A stretch of DNA of 64,000 nt from positions 248,001-312,000 of the forward strand of contig JAUFOQ010000018.1 in NCBI GenBank assembly GCA_040285855.1, given 5' to 3'. Made by a program: the position numbers and the translations under genes. Of this stretch, positions 50,938 through 63,319 are shown piece after piece. A model generated the notes under the pieces. That model saw only the letters and a program-made list of their open reading frames with translations. It had not been told where the DNA came from and made no database searches. Each line of letters starts with the position of its first letter. The first letter of the stretch is position 1. The DNA comes from Eukaryota sp. GEM-RC1. Lineage: Eukaryota.

Positions 50938-52663
50938 AAATCGTAGCTTATATGGATGACATTTCTTTTATTGCTCCTATGTCAACTCTTCGTATTATTG
51001 CGAATCAGGCTGCTGATTTGTACGATGCAATTGGACTTCAATGAAATGTGCAAAAATGTTTTTGATTGCCAAGGTACCTGTAACTTTAATTGTTAATTCT
51101 TTAGAGGTTCCCTTTGTGAACTATTTATCTTCAAGCTTTAGATTTCTAGGTTGTTATCTTGGTTCACATGACAACATTGTTAAAGATCTGAATGTATATT
51201 TGGATTCAATGCGAAAAGAATTAGATCAAATTAAGGAATTGCAACTGGAAAAACATGTCAAATTCTTTATGCTAAAAATTTGTTATTCAGGAAAAGTTAC
51301 TCATCTGCTTCGCTCTCTCCCCCCTGTACTTACCTATAACTTCTGTAAAAGCTTTAACAAAATTCGTACTGACTTTCTTGCATTTTTGTTATCAGTGGAT
51401 CCTGCTGCTTTGAACAATCACATCTTCTCAGATCCTCATCTTGGTGGTATTGGTTTCACTTCGTTTAAATGGTGGACCAAATCTGCTTTCATAGGTGGTG
51501 GTAAGAATTTTGTCTTTGAGTTCTGTACACGGTACCCAAGCCAAGAAAATCTTCTTGTTTCGACAAATAGTTTTTTCTTGGTAAATTTGAGATCAGAATT
51601 GTCGCTAATTTCACCTGACCTCTGGCAAACTTGTTTTCCAGCAGAAATCCAGACCTTCAAAATGTTTTTAAAAAGTGTTTTTGGAGTTTCTTAAGAGCAA
51701 ATTTTAACGAGGTGACACATCGTTCTGGTATTTCACAAATTTTAAAATTCGACTTGGCTCGGCCAAAGAAAAAAATCCAGCTTTCGCAAATTTTTTAATC
51801 GATTTGAAGGACAGTTCTTCAGTTGCTTTGATTAACCAAATTCCTCAGATTTATGGTTTGTTATTGAATGATCATCAATGGACTACAACATTCAGACTTC
51901 GATGTTTCTTGTGGCCCTCTAATTTACCCAATGATCTTCAATGCAAATGTGGTAAATTGGTTACTTTTTCTCACCTTTTGAGTTGTAATCGTTTCATTAC
52001 TTATAGAACTTGTATTCATGATGCTGTTAGAGATCAAATTCATGCCATGTGTAAGTCCTACAAAATCGAATCTTTCGTTGAGCCACTGTTGAGGTCACTG
52101 GAAATCAATAATTCAAAAAATAGTGATTCTGATAAGACTTTTGGTAAACGAAGAGCTGATGTCATAGTTCCATCAGTCAACGATGAACTAACCGTTGTTG
52201 ATGTGATTACTGTGGATGTTTGCAAAAAAAGTGCCTTCAAGGATGCTAAAAATGAAGTTTCTCCACTGAATTCTTCAGAACAATACAAGAGAAACAAATA
52301 TGATGAACCACTGACTGCTCTCAAACATATTAGACATGTTGAGTACAAATTATGTCCTTTTGCAATTTCAATTTATGGTCGACTTGGTAGAGATGCTCTT
52401 TGTTTTCTCTCCGATTTTGAGAAAGTGGTTAAAAAAGAATGAACAAGAAATTTGATTTCAAATTTTGGTTGAATCGTATTGTTTTTACAATATTTAAAAC
52501 AATTCCTATCATGATTTCAAAAGCTTTATTAGCTCTCAGTGTTTTTTATGAAAAAAAAGCTGATGTGAGTTTTAATGGCAATGATTGTTGCTTTAATGAC
52601 ATTGAGTTCTAGTATTTGTGTTTATTTTAGTGTTTTTATTCCATAAATTGATTGCAAAAAAAA
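50938..52663 (+). mobile_element. 5'-truncated family A LINE copy
   Basis: Aligns to about 38955-40785 from the YMDD region on. It ends in A8 and contains a ~95-bp inversion. No clear TSD. Confidence 0.9.
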
Positions 52664-53366
52664 TTAGAGAGAGGAAACAATTCAAGCAAGTAGTGGTGCG
52701 TCTGAGCGTTTGTTTTCACTTGCAGAACTGATTGAATGTAAAGAAAGACCCCGGTTAAGTGATGATTCAGTTCAGCTTGCACTCGTGGTTAATTACTGAC
52801 GTCTAATGTTAGTGTAATGGCGTAATAGCCTCATTTGTATCATTTATAAATTCACTTATCTCCACATCATGGTACAGTCTACCCTCCCAATATGACCAGG
52901 TGTCGGACCAGTCTTATTGGGAGGGTGGACTTATTCGAGGGTTTGGTTTTTATAGAATGAACAGCGATCGTCGATCGTTTATAACAAATAAAACAACAAG
53001 CTAAGACAACCGTGCGTCTATTGAAGGGAGAATTGGAGCTGGATCTATCACCAGTTAGGTGAACAGATGTTTGGGGAAAAACAAGGAGACATTGTGACAA
53101 TTTTGATGAATATGAACTGCTACAAAGAGTTTGACCACTACTTTCAGCTTTTATCAACAGATAACAACTATAGAGAGAAAGTGTAAGGGCTAAGATCACC
53201 GAAGCAATGGTCTTGTACAGGATTTCAGATCGCGATAAAAGGAAGGCAATAACTTTCAAAGCGCCTATCTAGGGAGAGGATGAAATGCATGCTATGACTC
53301 ACAGCAAGCGGATAAGCGTAATTTGGAGGAAAAAATGTTCACCAACATTCAAATAGGAGAGAACTA

Positions 53367-55082
53367 AAGTAAAATATGAAATTGAAGCCCCGGGGCCTGT
53401 CTGTATAAGCCCCATCTTAAAATCGGCTACTATTACGTGGGGGCTACTATTACGTGGTGGGGCTTCTCTCTATAAGCCCCTTACCAAATCATGTTCTGAA
53501 GTCTCAGTTGTGTCGCATGTAGTGTATTCAATGTCAAAAACAATAAAAACAGTTACACATCAACAACTTCCACATCTGACTCACCCAATTCTATCTCAGA
53601 CAATATGGCCAAATCCTCTTCCACTAGTAGAACATTTTCCATTTTTGGAATAAATAAATTGCCCAAACTCTCGTTTTTGGCGATGTGTAGATCCTGCAAC
53701 TGATTCAGTAGACATAAATCAAATGAATTGACTATGGTCTCTCTTGATACAGTACGCCACGCTTCTACCAACCATCGGGTGACAACTGACCTTTGAGGAG
53801 CCTTGATTGTTCCATTTCGAGTTCTTTGAAATGGTCCATTTCTCAACCAATTTCTCACCTTACTTCTAAACTCAACCTTCAGTGGGTGGAACCAGAGAAC
53901 ATCAGCAGGCTGCAAATAGGCAGTTAAACCTCCAGCGATTACAGCATAAAGAATATTTCGGTTATTTAAATGTTCTTTTGCTCTTTTTGAAATATGCGAT
54001 TTGGCTGAATCAAATACAAGGCAGATGTTTCGAGTATTCGTTATAACAGGGAACAAGTAATCGACAAATTTGATAAAAGGTCTGTCGTCATCCATGATTT
54101 GCTATTGAACAGCAACGCGTGATCATTTTCGACTCTTATAGGATCATTAACATCACCCTTTTCTATTAAAACTGGTGGAAATTTTCTGCCTCGACTGGAT
54201 GCTGCCATGATAGCTGTGACACGGACTTTTTCAAAAGAGCTTGCTGAAATCAAAACATCTCTTGCTCCTCGTTGTTCTAAAGTCGTGTCATCTTTGGGAT
54301 CTATGAATATGGCTGTTTCATCAAAATTTATGAACTCAACTTCTGGCTTAATCATAGGTCTGAAGAAAGCATAAAAGTTCACCGCTCTCTCAACCAGTTC
54401 TTCTTTTGATAACTTCGGCTTACCAGTTGCTCTTCTGATAGACCAGTTATTTCTACTCAGAAATTCGTTGAGCCACCCTTCTGAAGGCTCCCATGCCTGT
54501 CCATCACGTTCTAATTCCATCTCGCTGGCCAAATGAGTTGCAAAGGTAAGAACTTCGGATCTAGAAACAGAAAGATGCTGAAGACGTTGTTCCAAGATCA
54601 TTGTGTCAACAGCATACTCATGTTGTTTCGAGGTTAAAGGTCGACCTCCACCAGAAATTCTACCTTTTGTGGTGTCAGTTTCCCGAAAGATGTCTTCCTC
54701 CTGTTGTAACCAATTTCGAATTGTTTTGGGGTCAGGGATTCCATATCTGAGAGCAGCTTTTCTAATAGAGATCTGACCAGTTCGGACGGTTTCAATTACT
54801 TCACGTTTAAAAGCAAACGTGTAAAATCTTCGTTTACGGGAGGACATTGAAGGTAGAAGGGAAGAGGAATCAAAGTTGAAGAATGAAATTAAGAGTAACA
54901 GTTAATCGTCTTTTTGAATAAATCTTTGAACCGATTAATAAAGATCGATACTTATAAATTCTTTATAACCAGGGGCTACTATTACGTGGTGGGGCCTCTC
55001 CGTATAAGCCCCATCCAAAAATCGGCCACTATTGCGTGGGGGCCACTATTACATGGAGGGGCTTCAATTTCATATTTTACTT
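53367..55082 (-). mobile_element. pogo/Tigger-family DNA transposon, full length
   Basis: 25-bp TIR AAGTAAAATATGAAATTGAAGCCCC, TA flanks, GGGGC/GCCCC subterminal repeats and a transposase gene. Confidence 0.92.
53553..54847 (-). pseudogene. pogo-type DDD transposase (two HTH domains plus catalytic domain) with one frameshift
   Basis: N-terminal HTH (SIRKAALRYGIP), CENP-B-type HTH (PSEGWLNEFLSR), and catalytic NFDET, VFDSAKSH and LQPADV. A single-base frameshift lies in a T run near 54077, which may be a sequencing error. Confidence 0.88.
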
Positions 55083-55579
55083 TATGAACGTACGAGTGCA
55101 CAATAGAATTTCTGGTGATTGTGACGAAGGAGGAATGCTGAAAAGGCGTTACTGAGGGGAAGTGACTGTTTTTGAGAGAGCTCCTCTCTCAACACAATTT
55201 TCCCTCCACAGACGGGACCAAAACATTGTTTGACATGATCTAAAGTGGTTCGAGGGGGGAGGAGATTATGAGGAATAAGATCTGACCAGAACACATGAGA
55301 TTGTCTTAGCCAAGTGCTAATTAACAACACGTGAGCCATCGTAGCAATAGGATATAGATATGTGAAGTCAAAAATGTGAGTTTTGTTATGAAAACCATCA
55401 AAAACATTATCGAAAGAGATCACGATAATGTTGACATATAAGAAACGAAAAAGGAAACCGGTTTATTTGGAGTAAGGGAATCGGATAAGAGAAGACAAAA
55501 AGTCGGACAGTGAAAATTTGGTCATAATGGGAGGGTGGACTTATTCGGAGGGTGGTCATATTGGGAGGGTAGACTGTAC

Positions 55580-58126
55580 CAGGGATTCTTAAAGTAGTAA
55601 AGTACTTTAAGCACTTTACTTTACTTTACTTTACTTTACTTTAAGATATTTTCAGTACTTTAAGCACTTTAAGCACTTTCTTTCTTGATTGCTAGGGTTG
55701 CTCCAGCCATCCCGTATACATCTATTCCTTTCGACAGTAGGAATTTAAACAACATTTATAAAGTAGAAACTCACCAAAAACTACAAAATCTAAACTATAC
55801 ATATCAAGAGTGGGTGAGCACTCAAGTTTTCACTTCTTCTACAGATTACTCAGGAACCAATATCTCCTCCACCACAGGCTGTACTTCTTCATCATCTGTG
55901 ACCTCTAAATTGTCAAGCTCAGGACCAAGAACTTCTTCATCAATCCAGTCAAAGAACTTTCTACTCATTATCTTTCCCCTCTTCAGGTTGTGTTTGATCA
56001 TCACAAAGTCACTGGCTTTCTCACTTGTTAGTCTGGATCGCTCTTTGGTACAGACGACACTGAAGTCAGACCAGTTTCTTTCAGCTTCTGAATTGGAGGC
56101 AACACTACTTAGCAGTTTTACTGCCAATTGAGATAATTCTTGGTCCCCTCCATTGGCATACCACCAGTTATGAGCAGATTGTTTCCGTGCATTAAGAAAA
56201 ATTGCTTCATGTTCAAACTCCCCAGTTCCAACTAAGTACTCATTCCACTGTTGCAAAACATCTGGTTTCTTACGTTCACCGAACCGTTGTTCAATGAGAC
56301 CAAAAAGTGCGTTCCTACAGTCAAGGTATCGACTCAGTCTGACAATGTTTCTGTTTTCAGGATCCAAACAGAATGCAGCTTTAACACAAGGATGTGCTAA
56401 TTGGTTCTTTCGAACCTGAAATCGACTTCTTATGCTATCAATTTCACCTGGTTCTAGGATGGATAACTGAGCTGTCGATAACCTCAGATCTTCCAATTCG
56501 AGGTATCGGTACAATTTTCCCATAATTGGCGTTAGACTGTCCATTTTCAGCATTAAGTCAATGATTGGTCGTAAGAAGTCAATTAATAATTTTACCTGAA
56601 CCCAAAAATCATCATCGGCAACTATTAGCTTGACCTCAGCAGATACTTCTCTAATTCTAGCTTGTTGTGGCTTAGCAAGCCAGGTGATATAGTCTTCATT
56701 CGTGAGAGTGTTATTGACATTTTGGTACAATTCGTGTACTCTTTCAATGACGATGAATTGAGTGTAAAATCGTGTCAAACAAATTCGTTTTAATTTCTTC
56801 TGGGTTGACTTTTTCAAAAGCTTCCGGATGAAAGGCTTGTTAACAACAAAATCAACTACTTTGTTGGCTTTTTCGACAATACTTCGAATTGAAGGCACAA
56901 CGTAATTTGAAGTCGGCGAGCAAATGTCCTTTAAAAACAAATTGAGTGTGTGAATGCTACACCGCATCCCTGTGATGGCTGGGAAAACATCTTGGACAGC
57001 TGTTGCTGCATTTAAATAATTTGCTGCTCCATCGGTAATGACAAAATTTACATATTCAGGACCAATTTCGTTGAGAACTGAAACAAAAAGATTTTTAAGG
57101 AAATCTACAGTCTTTGACTCATAATTGCATTCAATGCATTTGTAAAAAATTGTCCTGTTTGGACCAACAAGGCAGAAATTAATTAAACTGTTATAATTTA
57201 TCTCTGATCCATCTATAACTAAAGTCCAACCAGTGCAAAGGGTAGCGATGTCGACTGTACTTTGTCTTTTAACATTTTTAATAATTTTGGGAGCCACTGT
57301 GTCCATCAATTTCTGATAAGATGGTAATTCAAAAACTTCGTTGTACAGCTTATAATGCTCGACAGCTCCTTCAATAACATTTTGCAGCCTTGTCGATTTA
57401 GAAACTTTAGTGAGTGGTAATCCTTCTCCTAGAGCATAAAGAGCAACAACTTCATCTAGATTTTGGTTGCTACTTTTTGATAAAATTTCTTTAGTTTTGT
57501 CTGCTTTAAGTTACAGATCTTGGGGGGAAGTTGCAATGGGAATAGTAGTTTCAATTGTTGGCTGGGGAATAGCCGTGACAGCAGAAGTCGGAGAAAGAGA
57601 TGATGTATTTGGATCAGACTCAGAGATGACAACCACAGTAGATGATTCATCGACAGGAGGTTCAGGAACGGGAGAAAGAAAGGGCTGTAGGTCATTTCGT
57701 TTCGTCTCAGGTGTAGACTGTTGAGAAGCCTTCCGCTTACGCCCCCGGGAATGAGTCTCTACGTATCTTCTAAGAGCAGCAACATTGAGCGCATTTTGTG
57801 AACCAGGAGGTCCAATGTTGGAACAGAGCGAGATGGGACGCTTTTTAGGTAGGTCGACAGAATGAACGACGTCACACAGCTTACAACGGAACCGGGCACA
57901 TGTGCTAGAGACTACTTCCACTACTTCACAGAGAGTTTTCCATTCCTCGGAAGGAAGAGATGTCATAAAACTGAAGAGATAATTGAAGAACAAAATTGTA
58001 AGATGCAGGATCACTTTATACATTCTTAAAGTATGTTAAAGTGTAAAGTAAAGTAAAGTATAAAGTAAAGTAGTGTACACTACTTTACTTTAATTCTGAA
58101 AAAGTTGACTACTTTAGGAATCCCTG
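55580..58126 (-). mobile_element. Full-length hAT transposon (2547 bp)
   Basis: 19-bp TIR CAGGGATTCYTAAAGTAGT, perfect 8-bp TSD GACTGTAC (55572-55579 and 58127-58134), and (ACTTT)n subterminal repeats. Confidence 0.95.
55846..57966 (-). pseudogene. hAT transposase interrupted by one in-frame TAA
   Basis: Motifs LVIDGS, VITDGAAN, CSIH (CxxH), TRF, LDP, WW and ASNSEAERNWS. The 57511-58023 and 55846-57309 ORFs share a frame and are separated only by the TAA at 57511-57513. Confidence 0.88.
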
Positions 58127-58406
58127 GACTGTACCTAAAACCAACACTAATTAGAATATGATTTTCAAAAAGTTTTACTAACTTTTGCAGCTATTGAGTA
58201 CTACATGTACTTGTTGATGACCTGTTGATTTGATCTTGGAACATTATTGTGGAAACAATAGTATATGTGCTTCAGTTCATATAGTTCAGTTCAGTTCATG
58301 AACTAGTTCAGTTCAGTTCATGGTAGTCAGTGAACTAGTTCAGTTCAGTTCACACTTTTTTGAACTGAACTGAACTGAACTGAACTATTTAACATTCCTA
58401 CTTCAA

Positions 58407-59360
58407 ATGCACCAGACCATATTTGGAATTGATTTCGGGACAAACTCTGTCAAAATCCACACAGCTAATGACAGAAGACTTGATCCTGTGATGAATGAGC
58501 GAGGAGAAGCTTCCTTTGTGTATGATAGCAGTTCTAGTTGACTTTAGAAACCTTTTACAGCGCAATGGTAAGAAATTCCCATCTGTAGCCGTGTCCTTTC
58601 TAAACTTAGGCTTCGCAGCCACAAGTCTCTTCTTGGTCCTCAACTTATTCTTTCACGATCCAACATTACCCTCTCTCAATACCTTCTCTCTGGACATCAG
58701 AAGAACTCCAATACTTTCACTCTTGACAACATCAACTTCTCTTTACACGATATCATTGTTGAGATCTTCAAGTACTTGAAGTCTTTTATCCCCAATGTTC
58801 ACTCTTCCAAAGTCTTCTTCTCTTATTCTTCTCTCTTCAATGACCACCACTCTGTTCTTACTAATGCATCAAGTGAAGCTGGTCTTAATGTAGAAGGTGT
58901 GTTTCCATCATCTAAATGTATTGCTGCTTCACTTCTATTTAAACATCCTGAATTAAATGAAAATATTGGAGTTTTTGATTTTGGTTATTCTACAACTAAA
59001 TTCACTGCTTTTTCAATCAAAAATGGATCTATTTCAATTCTTTTGATCACGAAATGGCGATGGGTGCTCGGGATTTTGATGAAGATATTTTAAATTTTTT
59101 GTAGCTCAAAAACCGCGTTTCAACTTTTCAACTTCTGATCTAATAGAAATTCTTGAAAATATTCAAAATTTAAGAAACTTTTTTGGTGTGGAATCTTTGT
59201 CTTTCGATATTCCTCTTGGTTCTGAAACTGAAGAATCTATACATTTTAAATTGGGGCTTTTACAAAATCGACCTCATTGACATCTTCTGTTTACAAAATC
59301 GGGCCACTTTTCATTGCTCTTACAAAACAGGGTCATCAAACATCTTCCAACTTTTCTGTA
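58407..59360 (+). pseudogene. Divergent Hsp70-superfamily (possibly Hsp110-like) pseudogene
   Basis: ATG at 58407 gives MHQTIFGIDFGTNSVKI. Later come EAGLNV, IGVFDFGYSTT and GARDFDE in shifting frames. The 3' boundary is approximate. Confidence 0.7.
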
Positions 59361-60008
59361 TCTAATGGACATCACTGTTCTCAAACTTCATTCACTCTTC
59401 TCTTCAACTACATGCTTTATTGGCTTAAAAATATACAACTAGTAGACTCTACATGAGAATCCGGTCAAGTGGTGATGGTTCTCCAACATAGTTGTCGAAA
59501 TCACATTCATCCATCAGTTTTTCCTCGCATTTGGGCGGTTCGTTATCATCATCTTCAGCAACATCCTCATTTTCATGCGCTTCTGATTCACATCCTCCAT
59601 CTATCTCACCGTTTTATTAGGTTATACAGAGACTACAGAGCGTATCATGAGTGAAAGTAGTTGAGAAGATAGAGAGATCCTGTAATTTCAAGGTCCAGAT
59701 AGGGTTGAAATTATAGGAACCTGACTGTATCTCTATTCAATGTGCTCTACCCAGTATAGCTGTACATAATCCGTTGTTAATATCGTTTACAAATCTGATA
59801 ATCAATCTGATATTCTGACAATGGATTTTTTCCGCAATACTCTGGTCAGGGATTGGAAGAGATTTATTGATTGTCCACCAACACTGACATTAAGAGATCT
59901 TGAACAATATGATATTGTTAATGGTAATAATGAATATAAATTTATGGACAATTTACTGCAATATTGAAAAATACAACTCAGTCCCTCGGCTGTCGGGGAA
60001 TCGATATA

Positions 60009-60887
60009 CAGTCAACACTGTTTATAGCGGGACTATATGTACCTACGCTATATAGAGTTTCACGCTATATAGAATAAACGCACTGTGCAGCTTCATTCTC
60101 AACAATGAGTGTTTATTATAGTAACTTCATTCTGACCCTATTTGGACAAAGAAGACATGATCATCTCGCTTAAACCTATGATGACATGATTCATCTTCCA
60201 AGCAACCTGTTGTATCCCTTGTATCACCCTCCTCTCTGAGTAGATGAGTGATGAATCTCCAGAGACTATGAGAACGGATCTAGATTCTTCCCTCGATCCT
60301 TCTATTTCCCTATCAATTTGGGTTTGTTCTTTGGCTTCATGGTAGTTTTGTATAGTTTCTTGTTGGTTCTCCCCATAAACACGATTCAATAAGGTTGTTT
60401 ATCATAAATATATCTTCCGTCTACGTTATAGCGTTGGTTTAGACCATGTGTTATGCTCTTTTAGGGGACTCTTATGGAGAGTTGCTAGATGAAAAAGTTC
60501 TTGTGGTACGTCAATCAACATCCGACAGGGTTTTGATGGAGGAGTTACATTTGTTAGAAGCTGTAACACCAAAGATAATCTGAAATGAGCAAGATGTGAA
60601 AGGGATGATGTTGACGAGGCAGCTAAGACGGGGATGTCAGGGGTATCAAAGGAAATATGTCCGGTATATGTGAAGTCAAGAAAGAAGGAAATACAACTCA
60701 AGTTGATGATCAAAAGATGTTATCAGAATGAACGCCAGCAATACGACAGTTTATTACCAAAGAGAACTACTGATAGAGGCGACAGACAGGATGAGAAAAA
60801 GGAGAGGAAAATGTCGGACCATGAAAAATGCACACTACGTAGAGTTTTACACTATATAGAGTTTCACGCTATAGACAGTTTTGACTG
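60009..60887. mobile_element. Tc1/mariner (pogo-like) MITE
   Basis: 21-bp TIR CAGTCAAMACTGTYTATAGCG (2 mismatches), TA flanks and CGCTATATAGA subterminal repeats. Confidence 0.85.
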
Positions 60888-60909
60888 TATAGACTTTTCT
60901 CATATCTGA

Positions 60910-63040
60910 TGGTCTCTAGAATTTTGAACAAAGCTCAGAAACATTTTTCCCCTTTTCCGTATGGAATTCAAACAATTGATGGCGTTTCAGTTGACATCTG
61001 ATCTTTTGTTAAACACGAAAATTGACAATTTTGTTTTTCATCTTGACTTTAAAAACGCATTCAACTCTGTTAAACGTGCTGCTATTTTGCCACAATTACT
61101 ACAACATTTTCCAGAATTGGAATCTTTTTGTAATACTATAATTGGTCATTGGTTATCTTGTCAGGAAATTATTATGGATTTCACGACTGTTGATCCTTGT
61201 AATTCAAGATCAATTTCCAAAATTTTTGATGATGATTTTTCTGCTCTTGAAGTGGCTGAAAAAGGAAAAAATTCAAAATACTGTCACTCAATTAACCAAT
61301 TGAATGTTGACAGGTACAATTCTTTTGTGTTTCAACCTTTTGCGATGTCGATATACGGTAATATTGGACCAGCTGCACAAGGTTTTTTAACCTCCTTTGG
61401 TAAATTGTGTTCTGAGTATGGTAAAGCTTTCAATGAAAATTTTTGGTTGAGTAAGTTAACGTTTGCGTTGTTTCGTTCAATGCACAGATATTTTAATTCA
61501 ATTTTAGGTAAGTTGTTCGGTGATGGACAGAAGGATCATAGTTTAGATACTTTAGTTAGTGTCTGTTAGTTATTAACTTCTGCAAATGCATTTATTTCAC
61601 TGACTGATCATAACCCCCGTTTTTTTTGTAATACTTTTTATGGTAATTTGTCTGATTTGGTCTACAACTCGGCTAATCTTTCTTCACTAACCGGTGTTAA
61701 ACAAGGCGATCCTCTTGGTCCTTTCTTCTTCTGCCTTGCTATTCACCCCATCCTTAACTACCTTAAATCCAAGTATAAGGATTTGGAAATTGTGGCTTAT
61801 ATGGATGACATTTCTTTTATTGCACCATTTGAGACAATACAAGCAATTTCTGCAGAAGCTGCCACTTTGTATGAAGAGATTGGTTCAAATTTAGATATAC
61901 AAAAATGTTTCGTTATAGGAAAAGAACCAAAGTTATTAACAATTCGTTCAATTGAAGTCCCTTTCATTAGTTATTCTACTTCAAGTTTCAGATTCCTTGG
62001 TTGCTTTTTCCTTAAAAAGGAAGATATTGTCAAAAACCTTGATGATTACTTGTTTTCGATTCAACAAGAGTTGGATAAGATTAAAGTTATTGAAATTGAA
62101 AAACACTTAAAATTTTTCATGCTCAAAATTTGTTATTCTGGTAAAATGACTCATCTTTTAAGGTCCCTTGCTCCTGAGTTATCGTATGATTTCTGTAGAA
62201 CTTTTAGCAAATTTCGCACAGACTTTCTTTCCTTCCTTCTTCAAGTCAACCCCAACATTTTAAATAACCACACATTTTCCAGTCCATATCTTGGAGGTTT
62301 GGGGTTTACATCTTCTAAATGGTGGACTATAGCAGCTTTCAATGGTGGTGGAAAGAATTTTGTATTCGAGTTTTGTAATCGAGATCCATCAAGAACTTCT
62401 CTTATTGAAAGTACTAGCAGCTTTTATCTTAATCATCTCCACGGTGAAAAGGAAATCTTTCTCCTGAGCTATAGTCATCTTACTCTCCTGATGATATCAA
62501 AGAAATTCCACGTCGAAACATTATGTCTTTAAAGTTTGCTTTATAGAAGCTACAAAATCATTTATTAAAAAATTTCAAAGCTTAAATTTTACAGTTCGTC
62601 TTAGCTCGGCCAAGGAAAAAGATCCAACTTTCGCCAAATTTTGAATTGATTTAAAGGAGAGTTCTGCTGTGGCATTAATTTATCAAATTCCACAAGTATA
62701 TGGTTTATTAATAAATGATCATCAATGGACCACAACAATGAGACTACGTTGTTATTTATACCCATATAATTTGCCAAATGATCTTCATTGTAGCTGTGGA
62801 CAACAATTAACGTTTTCTCATTTGTTAAGTTGTAATCGCTACACAACGTATCGAACGTGTATGCATGATGCTGTAAGGAATCAAATACATGCTATTTGTA
62901 AGTCTTACAAAATTGAATCATTTGTTGAGCCACTTCTAAGATCTTTAGAACCATATAATAATGTCAAAAAACAGAACCAATATTTTGGTAAACGGAGAGC
63001 AGATGTTGTTGTCCCTTCTTCTTCAGACAAATTGTTTGTT
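60910..63040 (+). mobile_element. RLE-type non-LTR element related to family A, truncated at both ends
   Basis: LDFKNAFNS, GVKQGDPLGP, AYMDD, CSCG..HLLSC, HDAVRN and RRADV. Contains stops and frameshifts and is interrupted at 61138-61627. Confidence 0.88.
61138..61627 (+). mobile_element. 5'-truncated T-tailed LINE inserted into another LINE
   Basis: TSD GTAATACT (61130-61137 and 61628-61635, extendable by Ts). Encodes the RLE end (DFTTVDP..AEKGKNSKY..FQPFAMS) and ends CCCCCG(T)8. Confidence 0.88.
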
Positions 63041-63319
63041 GTAAAAATTAGACTTCAAATGCAGACGATGTGGGGTTGAAATTAAGAACACTTTTTCAAC
63101 ACGATTCAGGGACTCACATCTTAAGAACTGTGCTGGAAGGATAGTGATGAACTCCATGCACTCTTTTGTTTCATTGGCACTAAAGATCAGAAGTGTGAAG
63201 ATAAAGAAGCTAATACAGAGGGTCTTCAACAGCTCGTCCAAGAAATTACCTCCCCGCAAAAACAGTCTCAACCCACTCTTGCTTTGAGAGTCCAAGATGT
63301 TAAAGATACCATCAACAGA

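Larger units (their letters stand above)
52875..55576. mobile_element. Non-autonomous Tc1/mariner (pogo-like) element
   Basis: Perfect 23-bp TIR CAGTCTACCCTCCCAATATGACC with TA duplication and GGAGGGTGG internal repeats. Confidence 0.9.
52807..58146 (+). mobile_element. 81-bp solo LTR (52807-52874, 55579 and 58135-58146) split by two DNA transposons
   Basis: Absent from the 44230 reference copy. TGTTAG...CCAACA termini, perfect 4-bp TSD CTAA (52803-52806 and 58147-58150), and an internal TATAAA. Confidence 0.8.
50447..58400 (+). mobile_element. Second copy of the (GTTCA)n hAT element, expanded to 7.95 kb by nested insertions
   Basis: TIR TAGGAATGTTAA / TTAACATTCCTA and perfect 8-bp TSD CTTCAAAT (50439-50446 and 58401-58408). 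Residual segments align to 44230-45058. Confidence 0.93.

Noticed and set aside
57511..57513. Stop-codon reassignment suggested by in-frame TAA, TAG and TGA
   Set aside because: In-frame stops are isolated, involve all three codons at positions with different expected residues, and occur only in decayed copies. Long ORFs contain none and end normally at TAA.
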